From Octopus sinensis (Eukaryota): 64,000 bases of DNA. Under the pieces are notes generated by a model. It did not search any database, was not told where the DNA came from, and saw only the letters and a list, made by a program, of their open reading frames with translations. Below, piece after piece: positions 1 to 12,868 of this stretch. The stretch's first letter is position 1; each line of letters opens with the position of its first letter. The translations under genes and the position numbers were made by a program. The DNA lies in NCBI RefSeq assembly GCF_006345805.1, contig NC_043010.1:45260001-45324000 (forward strand), given 5' to 3'.

Positions 1-603
1 TTGTCTCCCATCTCTTCGTGCTTAAGTAAACGGAATTCTATTATTTTTAACAAAAGCCCTTGAACATTTGAAAGGAATCAATATTATTGAAACAGTGGTC
101 TCATAATAGATGTATATTGCTTTTGTAAGGTAATCATATAAAGCTAGACTTCATCAAAACTAAACAAACATGAATAATGTCGTTGTATGCACTATTTTGT
201 GCATAATCTATGTATTAATCAACCGAACAGTCAGAAACTCATCCTCACCCTTTTTCTCTCTGGTTCTCCTGGTTCTCTTATATATACAATTGCAATCATA
301 TATAGGCGTATAGTTATATTTAATTAATTATACCATTAAATCTCTACTATGGTTTCACATCGATATCCAGGTGGTTATTACCTACTTAAGAATACACGAG
401 AAATATAACGTTACGACACATCACATGATCTCATGACTGGTTACAAAGTATACATTTTCCGCTAAGTGTGTAATATATACACGCTCCGATGATGGCTTAT
501 AAGCTGGCCGAAACTTTGAATTCACTGTCAACTTTTCTTGTTAAAGAATAATAAATTTGTACTCGACCAAAAGTATTAAGTAATCCTTCAGTTTAACGTA
601 AAA

Positions 604-650
<47 letters not shown>

Positions 651-1204
651 GAGTGAGAGAGCAGTTCATGCCATCAAAGTGACACTGGGGTAAAATATAC
701 GAAGCCCAATATACCCATCATGACTACCCGTCTGATAAGGGTACACCAGGCACATGCATCACAACCATATGTGCGCGACATGGTGATCTCATAACAAGAT
801 AAACAGCACATGACCTTGCAGGTGGGGCCCAGTTAGAAATTTCTTCAGGTCGAGTAGCCAATCCCGCTCAAAAGGTCCCTGAATAAGGATTGTTTAAGGA
901 TGTTGAAAGAACCACCCATGTTTCCAGAGGTGAATTATTCAAACCCCAAAGAATCCCTCTCAACACATGGCTATGATGCTCCCCCACTACTTCTGCTCGT
1001 GATCAGAGATGCACATATCGTCAGCCACTAAGGGACATGCTCAACTGGTTACGGTCAAACAACTGACAAGCAAATCTGTGGTATTGAGCAGAATATTTGC
1101 TGTAGCCCATCTTTTATACCAAGACAAAACAATGTACATGATAACACTTCCAATCAAATAAGATCAGAAGCCATGAGAGCCACTGCCTGGTACTGCATCA
1201 GAGC

Positions 1205-1206
<2 letters not shown>
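651..1206. mobile_element. Non-coding interspersed repeat inserted in an (ATT)n microsatellite
   Basis: 556-bp non-repetitive block with pure (ATT)n on both sides (607-650 and 1207-1279); a diverged partial copy lies at about 47135-47300. Confidence 0.7.
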
Positions 1207-1280
<74 letters not shown>

Positions 1281-1306
1281 ACATAAAAACAATTATTTAT
1301 ATATAA

Positions 1307-1516
1307 AAGACGGTGAGCTAGCAGAACTGTTAGCACGCCGGGCAAAATGGTAAGCGGTATTTCGTCCGTCTTTACGTTCTGAGTTCAAATTCTGTCGAGG
1401 TCGACTTTACTTTTCGTCCTTTCTGGGCTTAAAGTAAGTACCAGTTGAGTACTGAGATCTATGTAATTGACTTATTCCTACCCCGAAATTGCTAGCCTTG
1501 TGCCAAAATTTGAACC
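1307..1516 (+). mobile_element. SINE family A (tRNA-like head + Meta-like domain), old-type tail
   Basis: Head ggtgagctagcaga...gagttcaaattc, core gaggtcgacttt...aagtaccag, tail ccttgtgccaaaatttgaa. Confidence 0.8.
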
Positions 1517-2260
1517 CATACATACATACATACATACATACAAACAAAAATACATACATACACACGCACACATGTATGTATGTATTATACACACATACGT
1601 GCGTGTATGTGTGTGTGTATGTATGTGTGTGCGCGCGTGTATGTGTCATTCCCACCGATCTTGTTACAAAATGGAAAGAGAATTAAACAAAACCGGTTGG
1701 TGGTATGAAATCGTCACTTGGATCAGCACCACCCGCTCACTCCCGGATACTTTTAGTGAAAAAACATTCTGTGGCAATCATCTGGACCAAGTTTCCGGTG
1801 TCAGAATAACTTGATTTCTTGATGCACTTCCTTCTACTGCAGTGACTCATGAGTTGTGGTTTCTCCCTCCCTGCTTCAAGATCAGTCTTGGGCATCCTGT
1901 AAGGATCAGAAGCAGTCCCCTTTTTTTTCTCTGGTTAAGTAATAAAAAGAACAAAAACCTCAGTGATTATAAGGAGGTGTACCTCTTTTTTTTATTTTCA
2001 TTTCATCTGCTTTGCTTTCTTATTAACCACATCACCGACTTTTGCAAGGAAGTGTGTATAGTCTTATATTTATTTTGTTACTCTTTCCTATGATTGGAAG
2101 ATAAGTCCACGTAGGCGAATGCGCACGACGAAGCCAAACTACGGCTTTAAAAAGAGACGAAGCCAAACTACGGCATTTAGTCCGGGTTAGTATGCAGTTT
2201 ACGAGGAAAAAATGGAAGTAAACTAGCCTAATGCTGTAAAAGTGAATTACAACAGAAACC

Positions 2261-2491
2261 TATTTCTTTATTACCTACAAGGGGCTAAACACAGAGGGGA
2301 CAAACAAGGACAGACATAGGTATTAAGTCGATTACATCGACCCAGTGCGTAACTGGTACTTAATTTATCGACCCCGAAAGGATGAAAGGCAAAGTCGACC
2401 TCGGCGGAATTTGAACTCAGAACGTAACGACAGACGAAATACGGCTACGCATTTCGCCCGGCGTGCTAACGTTTCTGCCAGCTCGCCGCCT
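2261..2491 (-). mobile_element. SINE family A, young Tx1-type tail, full length with 14-bp TSD
   Basis: TSD ttacaacagaaacc at 2247-2260 and 2492-2505; tail ends aataaagaaata on the minus strand. Confidence 0.9.
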
Positions 2492-2890
2492 TTACAACAG
2501 AAACCGGGAGGGATGCCATTGACAGCCTAAAATTTCATAAAGAGAACAAAGAACTCCCTCATTGTGCCTCGTCCACAAGCACCTACATGTGTAGTACCTT
2601 CTAGTGGTATGTTGAATATTTCAGAAAAAGCACCTGAAGTACACCGTTCGTATTATATACCAAACAACGAACAATACTGAGAGGTGTGGTTCATTTCATC
2701 GTATATTAAATATATGTACGATTTTCATTGGCTCGTCCGGAGATACGGATATGGTGCCTGTAGAGCGCTATATTAAATATATGTACACTTTATGCATTGG
2801 TTATGTCACATTCTTTACATGAAATTACGGGGTGTCACTGTCGTCACTTCCGGTTTCTATCAATTTATTTTTCAATATTTTTAGGACCGC

Positions 2891-3066
2891 TAAGGCGGGG
2901 AGCTGGCAGAATTGTTAGCATGCCAGGCAAAATGCTTTGGGGCATTTCGTTCGACTGAGTTTAAATTTCGAGCGAAGTCGACTTTGCCTTTCATCCTTTC
3001 TGGGGTCGATGTAATCGACTTACTCCCTTCCTCAAAATTACTGGCCTTGTATCAAACTTTGAAACC
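2891..3066 (+). mobile_element. SINE family A, old tail, internally deleted
   Basis: aaggcggggagctggcaga head; gtcgactttgcctttcatcctttc core. Confidence 0.75.
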
Positions 3067-3165
3067 AGGACAATTTACTTCCATTTTTTTCTTACAACTG
3101 TAAACTCTTAATCCTAGTCCGTGCTTGATCATTTTTGCCAATTCCTACCCAGATCACTGCTAAAT

Positions 3166-3750
3166 ATTCTTTTCTGCACTAGGCATAAGGCCCGAAATTT
3201 TGGGGGAGGAGGCCAGTCGATTAGATCGCACCCAGTATGCAACTGGTACTTAATTTATCGACCCCGAAAGGATGAACGGCAAAGTCGACCTCGGCTGAAT
3301 TTGAACTCAGAACGTAACGGTAGACGAAATACCTATTTCTTTATTATCCACAAGGGGCTAAACACAGAGGGGACAAACAAGGACAGACACACGGATTAAG
3401 TCGATTACATCGACCCCAGTGTGTAACTGGTACTTAATTTATCGACCCCGAAAGGGAAAAAGGCAAAGTCGACCTCGGCGGAATTTGAACTCAGAACGTA
3501 GCGGCAGACGAAATACCTATTTCTTTACTACCCACAAGGGGCTAAACACAGAGGGGACAAACAAGGGCAGACACGCGGATTAAGTCGATTACATCGACCC
3601 CAGTGTGTAACTGGTACTTAATTTATCGACCCCGAAAGGATGAAAGGCAAAGTCGACCTCTGCGGAATTTGAACTCAGAACGTAACGGCAGACGAAGTAC
3701 GGCTACGCATTTCGCCCGGCGTGCTAACGTTTCTGCCAGCTCGCCGCCTT
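3166..3750 (-). mobile_element. Nested trimer of SINE family A
   Basis: One head followed by three bodies; two internal junctions read aa(g/t)aaagaaata|ggtatttcgtct on the minus strand (about 3333 and 3517). Confidence 0.9.
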
Positions 3751-4360
3751 AGATCGCTGCTAAATATTGATGGAACTGATAAAAAGCAGAATCCGACAGA
3801 CTAACAAACTCAAAGTGCATATTATAACATTTCTAAACTTGTTAGCGCACACACATAGACACAAACGCAAAACAGCAAGGAACATTGATTCTTATTGATC
3901 AAATTAAGCAGTGTCAATCAATTTTGATGACGTTTCGGTTCTGTGATACAAGTTAACTATTTTCAGACTGCGAAACATATCTAAGACAACTGAATAAAAT
4001 TTAATGAGATATTATATATATATATTTTTTTGTTTCTACTTTTATGTAATCCGTTGTGTGTATTATTTTTCCACTAAAAATTTAATGACAGCGAGGCAAT
4101 TAACAAAGAAAATAAATACGCCATCAAAGAGAACTGTCAGAAAGCGAGCAAGGGAGCTAATAATGGAGAGAGGAAATGCATAAAGACGGAGAAAGCGGGG
4201 TGGTGAGATATGTCATGTGACAAGAGAGGTATCGAAAATTGGCGACAAGGGAATGGGAAAACAATGTTAAAGAACTGGGCAGCGAGAAATATGAAAAGAG
4301 AGCGTGGAAAACTAAGCAAATGAATGATAGAAAGCATGCAAAGAGAAAATACAATTGACA

Positions 4361-4362
<2 letters not shown>

Positions 4363-4400
<38 letters not shown>

Positions 4401-4805
4401 ATGCGCGCGTGTGTGTCTGTGTCTGTGTCTGTGGGTGTATGGGTGTGTGTGTGTATGGGTGTCAGTGTGTCTGTGTGTCAGTGTGTGTGTGTGTGTGTGT
4501 GTATGGGTGTGTGTATGGTGTGTGTATGTATAGGTGTGTGTGTATGGGTGTGTGGGTGTGTGTGGGTGTATGGGTGTGTGTGTCTGTGTGTCAGTGTGTG
4601 TGTGTGTGTATGGGTGTGTGTATGGTGTGTGTGTATAGGTGTGTGTGTATGGGTGTCAGTGTGTGTGTGTGTGTATGGGTGTGTGTATGGTGTGTGTGTA
4701 TAGGTGTGTGTGTATGGGTGTGTGTGTATGGTGTGTGTGTATGTGTGTGTATGTATGGGTGTGTGTGTATGTGTATGTGCGTGTGTGTGTGCGCGTGTGT
4801 GTGCC
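4363..4805. repeat. Compound (GT)n microsatellite with higher-order repeat units
   Basis: GT tract with recurring gtcagtg, gtatgggt and gtataggt variants. Confidence 0.95.
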
Positions 4806-5379
4806 TGTGCTTGCGATAGTAATGCTAGGAGAAAGCAGAAAGGGAATAGTGACTAGAATTATTGGTACTACTTATTGAAGACGGCTCATCTATTGTGGAA
4901 GAAAACGGAAAGAAAGTTCACCTCGTATACGCTTTTATTTTTATCTATTTATTTTTACTGAAGAAGAATGAGTCACAGAAATGGCCTACCAGAGAGCATG
5001 AAAATGGCTTTAGTTTCTTCCCAGCTACGCAAGGCATTATAATATATTAGTGGCTTCGTCATATTGACTGGCATGCGGTTACAATATAAACTGACTTCTT
5101 TCCTCTCTCTATGTCCTCCTCGACCTGATTCGCTTTCTTTTTCATTTTAGCTAGTATATATTTTCGTATCTCAAAGCAGACGTTTTCGTAATTAAAGGTA
5201 GCTACTTTCACAATAATTATTGGGATTAAATTACGTTACAAAAATTAATTTATAGCGAAACTAACAACACTAAATCTGTTGTGGAAGCATTTTGAAAGAC
5301 TCTAAAGTACTTGATGTAATTGTCGTCTATTCTAGGCGCAGTCGAATTCTTGTCTGTATATCAATATATATTTCTTTAT

Positions 5380-5601
5380 TGCCCACAAGGGGATAAACAT
5401 AGAGAGGACAAACAAGAACAGACAAACGGATTAAGTCGATTACATCCACCCCAGTGCGTAACTGGTACTTTATTTATCGACCCCGAAAGGATGAAAGGCA
5501 AAGTCGACCTCGGCGGAATTTGAACTCAGAACGTAACGGCAGACGAAACACCGCTAAGCATCTCGCCCAGCGTGCTAACGTTTCTGCCAGCTCGCCGCCT
5601 T
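5380..5601 (-). mobile_element. SINE family A, Tx1-type tail, with TSD
   Basis: Full head to tail; flanks gtctgtatatcaatata and gtctgtatattaatata. Confidence 0.85.
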
Positions 5602-5904
5602 GTTGCCGTCTGTATATTAATATAACTAATATCAACCTCCTTGTTCAGACTTCAGCGTGCATTGGACCAAAAACTTTAAGGCAAAGATTTATTATACCAC
5701 TTACTGTATTATTGTCGGATAATGATTTCTCCCATGGATACAAAGCTACAATATGTGTAAAGAGAGTAAATCGATTAAAATCAATTAGAATACTACTAGT
5801 ATTACTGCTACTTTATCATGCCCGTGGTGAGTGAAAGCAAAAATCGCTTTCTGCGAAGCTTGAACGAAAAACAAAGAAACAAAGAAACAAAGAAATATTG
5901 ATTA

Positions 5905-6228
5905 ATGCTATAGCCCCGGGCCGACCAATGCCTTGTGGATGGATTTGGTAGACGGAAACTGAAAGAAGCCTGTCGTATATATGTATATGTATATATATTT
6001 ATGTGTGTGTGTGTGAGTTTGTGTGTCTGTGTTTGTCCCCCTAGCATTGCTTGACAACCGATGCTGGTGTGTTTACGTCCCCGTCACTTAGCGGTTCGGC
6101 AAAAGAGACTGATAGAATAAGTACTCGGCTTACAAAGAATAAGTCCCGGGGTCGATTTGCTCGACTAAAGGCGGTGCTCCAGCATGGCCGCAGTCACATG
6201 ACTGAAACAAGTAAAAGAGTAAAAGAGT
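5905..6228 (+). mobile_element. SINE family B (central microsatellite), 5'-truncated
   Basis: gtggatttggtagacggaaactgaaagaagcc...gactgaaacaagtaaaaga, matches the copy at 31685-32080. Confidence 0.85.
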
Positions 6229-6568
6229 AATGTCTTTGGCACAATTTCTCGGGAAATTACCGATTTAATCAACTTCAGTACTCGACTGCGTCTTGTCTGA
6301 TAGGCGCCTTCCGGTCAGATGATAGGTAAAGTCAACTCGGTAATATTTAAACACGGCACGCAAAATGAAACTTAAAAGTTTATATTATTCATGGGACCAA
6401 ATTGATTCACAAGGCCACTTACAGTGGAAGAGTTTCACTGGTTGATTTGATTCCAGTACATTACCATCCCAACAAGTACGAAAGCCTAAATCAGAGATTT
6501 GAATTTAGAACATAAAGAGGTGTTAATAAATAATGTCCTTGAATAACGGAGTATATATATACATACAT

Positions 6569-6602
<34 letters not shown>

Positions 6603-6603
<1 letters not shown>

Positions 6604-6900
6604 AGCACGCTGTCGATTGCGACGACAAAGGTGCCAGATGATACGATCAACAGAACAGCTTACGCGTGAAATTAATGATCAAGTAGCTGAGCACTTCACA
6701 GACACGTGTACCCATAACGTAGTTCTTAGTGGGATTCACCGTGACACAGAGTGTGACAAGGCTGGCCTTTTGAAATACAGGAACTACTCATTTTTGCCAC
6801 CTGAGTGGAGTGGAGCAACGTGAAATAAAGTGTCTTGCTCAAGGACATAACGCGTCGGCGGGATTTGAACTCACGACCTTACGACTAAGCCATTCGCCTT
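6603..6900 (-). mobile_element. SINE family C variant with a CORE-like segment
   Basis: Shares its 3' half with 27061-27446 but has a different 5' part containing tgtccttgagcaagacactt. Confidence 0.75.
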
Positions 6901-6909
6901 CACATAATT

Positions 6910-7740
6910 ATATATATATTATAAAAGTCAATGTGTGTTCGTGTGTTACTTATAGACTCGAAAACTACTGGGCCGATCCTAATGAAATTTGGAACGCAAA
7001 ATCCAAACATAGGGAAAAGGTAACGCCGTATGTCCCATACAATTTTGAGAGGGTATAAAGGCGGGGCAGAAGCCCCTGTGAAAATTCATATGCTTCGGAT
7101 TTTGATGAGATTTTTTAAATATCCATTTCTTTGGATGATTCTAAGACCCCTTAATGGGGGCTTAACCCCCAAATTTTAGTCATTTTTCATGGACGAAAAT
7201 TATTGAATGGATCCTTACGATATTTGGAACTTAGATTCAATGCATAAAGCTGGGCATAATGCAGTATTTTCTGTTTGAATTTGAGGGGGCTTAAAGGGAG
7301 CAGAACCCCACCCCCCACCCCGCCCCTATGAAAATTCAGAAATTTCCTATGTTGATGGAATTTCAAAAATAGGTAATTGACACACATCAAAATGTATTAC
7401 CCAAAATTCCGCTTTTTTCGTGAGGTTTCTAAGATCCCCTAACTCCCAAATTTTAGTAATTTTTTATGATTCAAAACAAGGTCAAAAATACGGAATGGAG
7501 GGTTAAGAAATTTGAAAATTATATTCTATGCATAAGGGCGGATGTAATACAGTATATATTTGAAAGTGATGGGGCATAAATGAGGCTATAATCCCCATGA
7601 AAATTCATGTTTTTGCTGTTGATGAAATTTTTAACCATAGATATTAGACACAAATGAATATTCTTAAAATCTCAACTTCTTAGGAGGTTAGTAAGAACTT
7701 TTAATGGAGGCTTAACCCCTACAATTTAGTCATTTTCCCT
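6910..7740 (+). mobile_element. Probable non-autonomous Helitron-type element with internal diverged ~300-bp repeats
   Basis: 5' tatatattataaaagtcaatgtgtg...aaaactactgggccgatcctaatgaaatttgg resembles the start of the 29495 element; ctaagacccc...aattttagtcatttt recurs at about 7140, 7430 and 7690; 3' end not found. Confidence 0.45.
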
Positions 7741-8189
7741 AAGCAACGACGAATATAATTGTAGTTTTGGAAGCTGTAGGGTCATCCGAGGATACGAGAT
7801 GAGCGTTATTTGTAATTAAATGATACAAAAGCGTAAGAGTTTGCTTTGAGATATACTTAGACTGATTTCTACAATGTGGTGCATAAATTGTCAAGTAAAG
7901 GAGAGGCATCTTTATCCCCATTAATTCAGCTGCGAATTGTTATTTTGAGAAATTTTTATAGTGTAAATATTTATCTGGTTGTTGTTTAAGTTATTTGGCA
8001 CTCGTCAAATATGATAAAATGTACAGTGGTCAGTTATATTAACGTATACTAATTGTTGAATTTTGAAACTTAACAGCAGTAGTAAAATAAACAATTTGCC
8101 TTGAAAAAACATTTTTGAAAAAATTCGATAAATGCGTTATTAGTAAATGCTCTTATTTTGTGAAAATTACTTCGAAATATTGAATCTGT

Positions 8190-8590
8190 TTACTCTTTTA
8201 CTCTTTTACTTGTTTCAGTCATTTGACTGTGGCCATGCTGGAGCACCGCCTTTTGTCGAGCAAATCTACCCCAGGACTTATTCTTTGTAAGCCTAGTACT
8301 TATTCTATCGGTCTCTTTTGCCGAACCGCTATGTTACGGGGACGTAAACACACCAGCATCGGTTGTCAAACGATGTTGCGGGGGGGGGGGACAGACAGAC
8401 ACACACACACATATATATATATATACATATATACGACGAGCTTCTTTCAGTTTCCGTCTACCAAATCCACTCACAAGGCTTTGGTCGGCTCGAGGCTATA
8501 GTAGAAGACACTTGCCCAAAGTGCCACGCAGTGGGACTGAACCCGAAACCATGGGGTTCGTAAGCAAGCTACTTACCACACAGCCACTCT
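8190..8590 (-). mobile_element. SINE family B, near full length
   Basis: Reverse complement of the family B sequence including the head gagtggctgtgtggtaag. Confidence 0.9.
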
Positions 8591-9160
8591 TTTTTTGTTT
8601 GTTTTTTTTATCAAAGAATCAATTGAAAGTTGAAATAAGTAGGATATAGAATAGTTTAACATAGGAAATAATAAAAACTGTCATTAATAGCTTACACAAA
8701 TATGCAACAAACTGTTTATAAAGTAGATGAAAAACATACGAAAAACTGAAATTTTTAATAGACATTTATTTTATAAAATCAGCTTTAACATTAGGTTTTC
8801 TTTTAAAAATAATATTAAATTGCAAAATTTAAAGAATTTATATATTTACCTACTAAAATACTGATACTTAACTCGTAAGTTCATTATTCCTCATTTAATT
8901 ACTTACTTAAAAGTCACATTTTTGTAAGGTAGTGTGAATGTGTATGTGTGCGTATGTGTGTATGCGCGTGCGTATACATATATATATACACACATATATA
9001 TATACACATATATATACATATATATATACGCACGGACGCACACGCACGCACACACTTGCACACACACGCGCACACATACACTCGCACACACACACACACA
9101 CGCACACATACACTCGTACACACACGCACACACACACACACACATATATTATATATATAT

Positions 9161-9390
9161 AGGCGGTGAGCTGCCAGGAACGTTAGCACACCGGGCGAAA
9201 TGTTTAGCGGTATTTCGTCTGCCGCAACGTTCTGAGTTCAAATTGCGCCGAGGTCGACTTTGCCTTTCATCCATTCGGGGTCGATAAATTAAGTACCAGT
9301 TACGCACTGGGGTAGATGTAATCGACTTAACCTCTTTCTTTGTCCTTGTTTGTCCTCTCTATGTTTAGTCTCTTGTGGGCAATAAAGAAA

Positions 9391-9392
<2 letters not shown>
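9161..9392 (+). mobile_element. SINE family A, Tx1-type tail, in (TA)n
   Basis: Full head, core and tail; atattatatatata on both flanks. Confidence 0.9.
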
Positions 9393-9434
<42 letters not shown>

Positions 9435-9970
9435 GTGGTGGTGTAATGAATCGTGCAGGCATGAAGAGGATTCGATTCTAGTCAAATTCAAATTAATACT
9501 GCAACAGAACTTTTCTCACGGTGGAACAATAGCTTTTCTCTGGCAGCAGTTTACATTTGCCACAGGCCGAAATAATGTCTTCACCATTTGACCCTTCTAA
9601 CTTCTTCTATTTCACCAAAAGCTAGAATTAAGATATCACTGTACCACCAACGAAGTCCATTGTTCTCAACGATATGTCTATCCCTCTGGATAGTTATAAA
9701 AACAAGAACCCCCAAGCAAAAGTTAATTAGTCAGTTGCTGACAACTCGTGAGTTGAGAGAGAGCTAACATCACTTAGAGAACCGACCATTAGAATCATGG
9801 CTACAAGCAGACAGCCAAACAGCCAGAGGAAAAAAGAAAGAAGTTTACAATCAGAGACTATACGAAACAACTTCCCACACTTTCTCACTTATTTCTCACT
9901 TATTTTCTCTTACAACATCACTCTATCTCTATTCGTGGATTACTAAGTAAGAAAACGTGTACACGCACAC

Positions 9971-10064
<94 letters not shown>

Positions 10065-11082
10065 CATACCACTTGATAAAATTACACTAACTATACACCT
10101 ATCTCTTACTTTGCATGCTTTACGATTTTATCACCTGCCCGTCGAGGCAAGGTATTGTATAATGTAACGGTAAAGTAAATATTTTTTCACGACTTCAATC
10201 ACTATTCTTTCATCTTTACATAATGAAAAATCTCATCCTTCAAACAAGTCTTCAATCGTTACATATATAATGTGTGTGTGTGTGTGTGTATTTTACTCAC
10301 AAGGTATTGGAATCTTAAATTGTATACTATTCTGCCTAAATAATGGATCTACAAATGCAATATCCCTGCATATTTCACATCTATTTTCATTCCTCTACTT
10401 CACCTTCTATTTCTTATCTTATCTAAATTAACTATTGCTAAATCATTCTTTCACACCGTCTCCGATGAAGGGATATACTAAATATCCTGGAAACAGCTGT
10501 GAGACCTATTTATAAATGTTCTAAAATCTTCACAGCCTTGGGTTTTTATCACATTCTCAAAAAAAAATTATATATATATGTCTCTCTAAAGGAGACTACA
10601 GCAGCGGTACTGGATATTAAAAGTTATCGCCAGGCTAACATGGCAGTCCAGAAAAATAAGACGAATACTGCCGTTGATTAGCTCCAAGAGGCCATCGCCT
10701 CTAGCTAGCTATGTGACACACGAACCTGTGTCCATTATAACCTTTGAACAGGGGAGGTCAGCCGCTTCCCCTTGCTGGTTTCGCATCTACAGACAGGATA
10801 GATTTGAAATTTGTAGGGATACAGACAGACCACATATTGAAAATTTTCAATAAAGTTTTAACGCAAGGTTTATAAATCTATTTTAGAATCATAATTAAGC
10901 AATAAACATAAACTTCTGTCGGTTTATTTCCTTAATTTGCCCAATTTCATTAAAATAGTTCTGTAACACCCTGTATGAAAGTATACGTCATTCTCTGAGA
11001 GAGAGAGAGCTGTATAATTATTTAACCGCAGTGGTCAGAGCTATGATAAAGTTTCACATAAGAAAGGAAGGGGGGAAGGGTT

Positions 11083-12130
11083 CAGGAGCGGATCTAGAAC
11101 GGTGTTTTATATGCTGTGTAGATACCATATCCTTAACTTGGTGATTGATAACAGTGCTACAAGCACTTGGGTATCCACTGATATTTTTCTATTTTATTTT
11201 ATTTTTTATGTTAATGGTAGTGGTGTTTGGTCAGCGCTTATACGTGTTGTTTTCTGCATCTTCTGGGCGCTGGCATGTACTAAAAAACATATTAAGTGCC
11301 TCGCTGCAAAACCTTTGCACGAAACCAGATGTAAGAGCAAATTTGAATGTGTGAAAGCCATTATATGGAATTATACGGAAACTGAGAATCCCTTTATGAT
11401 CCTGCAATACGACAGGAATCAGAGATTCTTGTATCAAAAAAAAAAAAAAAAGGTTACTGTTTTCTATTACTGATTAATTTCTGGTATGACGTTTTAAGCA
11501 AAGTAAATGCTGTCAGCTGGACTATGCAGAACTCCTCAGTGGAACAGTCTAATACAGTTTCATTAATGAATAGTGCCACTAATTACGGAATTGATTATCA
11601 TGCAAATGGATATGAAAAGCACTAACATCAGTAAAAGAATTAGATACAAATTAGATGCATGTCCTATTTTTTTAAAAATATTATTATTATTGTAACAGAA
11701 TATACCGATAAAATGGTAGTTTGAATATGGATGCTTGACTAGGTTACAAAATACAGATAACCTAGGAAGAAGATTGAAAAAAGCATGTATTCAACGCCAT
11801 ATTCGATAAAGCTATCACTTCTTTATCAGAAAGATTTGAGCAGTTACTAAGTTTTAGTTGCATACAGGGATTTTTAAACAAAAACGAATTGCCAGATGAA
11901 AATAAATTGAGATAAGTTAAGGTACCAATAGTGATAGTAATGGATATGATCTCTTGGTTGAACTTGATATCTCAAAAGAATTGTTTTTAGGAGACGTAAA
12001 GCTTGTAATAGAAGCCGTTATATACATTAGCAGTGATAAGTGACAGTATATCATGTCAAACTTGAAGATTGCGTTAATGATAATGTTGACGATACTCCAT
12101 AATTACAGCTACAGGAAGGAGAAACATTAG
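11083..12130 (+). pseudogene. Decayed hAT DNA transposon remnant
   Basis: Starts caggagcggatctag (CAGGGGCGGA-like TIR); manual translation FNAIFDKAITSLSERFEQL ... NLKIALMIMLTI resembles the hAT C-terminal dimerisation region; many stops. Confidence 0.55.
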
Positions 12131-12274
12131 ACAATTAAATTCTTTGGAAATATTGTAAATAGAAAATTGTATTGTAAAATATATTAGGTACATAAAGTGC
12201 AGTGAAAGCATTTGCCGAATTAAAATTAATAAAAAAAAATAGTTTACATGGGGTAATGTATGTTTGTCAACAGC

Positions 12275-12507
12275 TATTCTTTTATTCTTTTACTTGTTTC
12301 AATCATTTGATTGTGGCCATACTGGAGCACCGCCTTTAGGCGAAAAAATCGACCCCAGGACTTATTCTTTGTAAGCCTAGTACTTATTCTATCGGTTTCT
12401 TTTGCCGAACCACTAAGTTTCGGGGGCGTGAACATACACATACACACACACAAATATATATATGTGTGTGTGTGTGTGTTACTGTGTGTGTATGTGTGTG
12501 TGTGTGT

Positions 12508-12555
<48 letters not shown>

Positions 12556-12835
12556 ACTAATGTAGGATAACATTTTTTTCGAAAAAAATTTTATCAATGG
12601 CCAGTATATCAAAAAATACCTTTAAAGGTTAAATTTATAAACAACTTATAAAATAAGGGCAAAAGAAAAATTCTAATGCCAAATAAGCCGAAAAAAAGAC
12701 AAAATTGTCAATAACCATTATAATTTATGCGTCTTGAAACATGCCGATAGAAATTTCTAAAAAATTCCGTTATTTTGTCTTTTTTTCGGCATATTTGGCA
12801 TTAGAATTTTTCTTTTGCCCTTATTTTATAAGTTG

Positions 12836-12868
<33 letters not shown>

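Noticed and set aside
1640-2100. Minus-strand Tx1-like C-terminal remnant or host exon
   Set aside because: Only faint resemblance (CPR...ETTTH), many stops, not supportable by eye
2345-2530. Recurrent peptide MRNWYLIYRPRKDERQSRPRRNLNSER suggesting a gene family
   Set aside because: Antisense translation of SINE family A
3166-3750. CRISPR-like repeat array
   Set aside because: Units are ~184-bp SINE bodies with no unique spacers and no cas genes, in a eukaryotic context
4324-4878. Cys/Val-, Tyr/Ile- and His/Thr-rich ORFs here and throughout the track
   Set aside because: They are translations of (GT)n, (TA)n and (CA)n microsatellites
9442-9917. Solo LTR (TG...CA ends)
   Set aside because: No TSD, no second copy, no PBS or PPT seen
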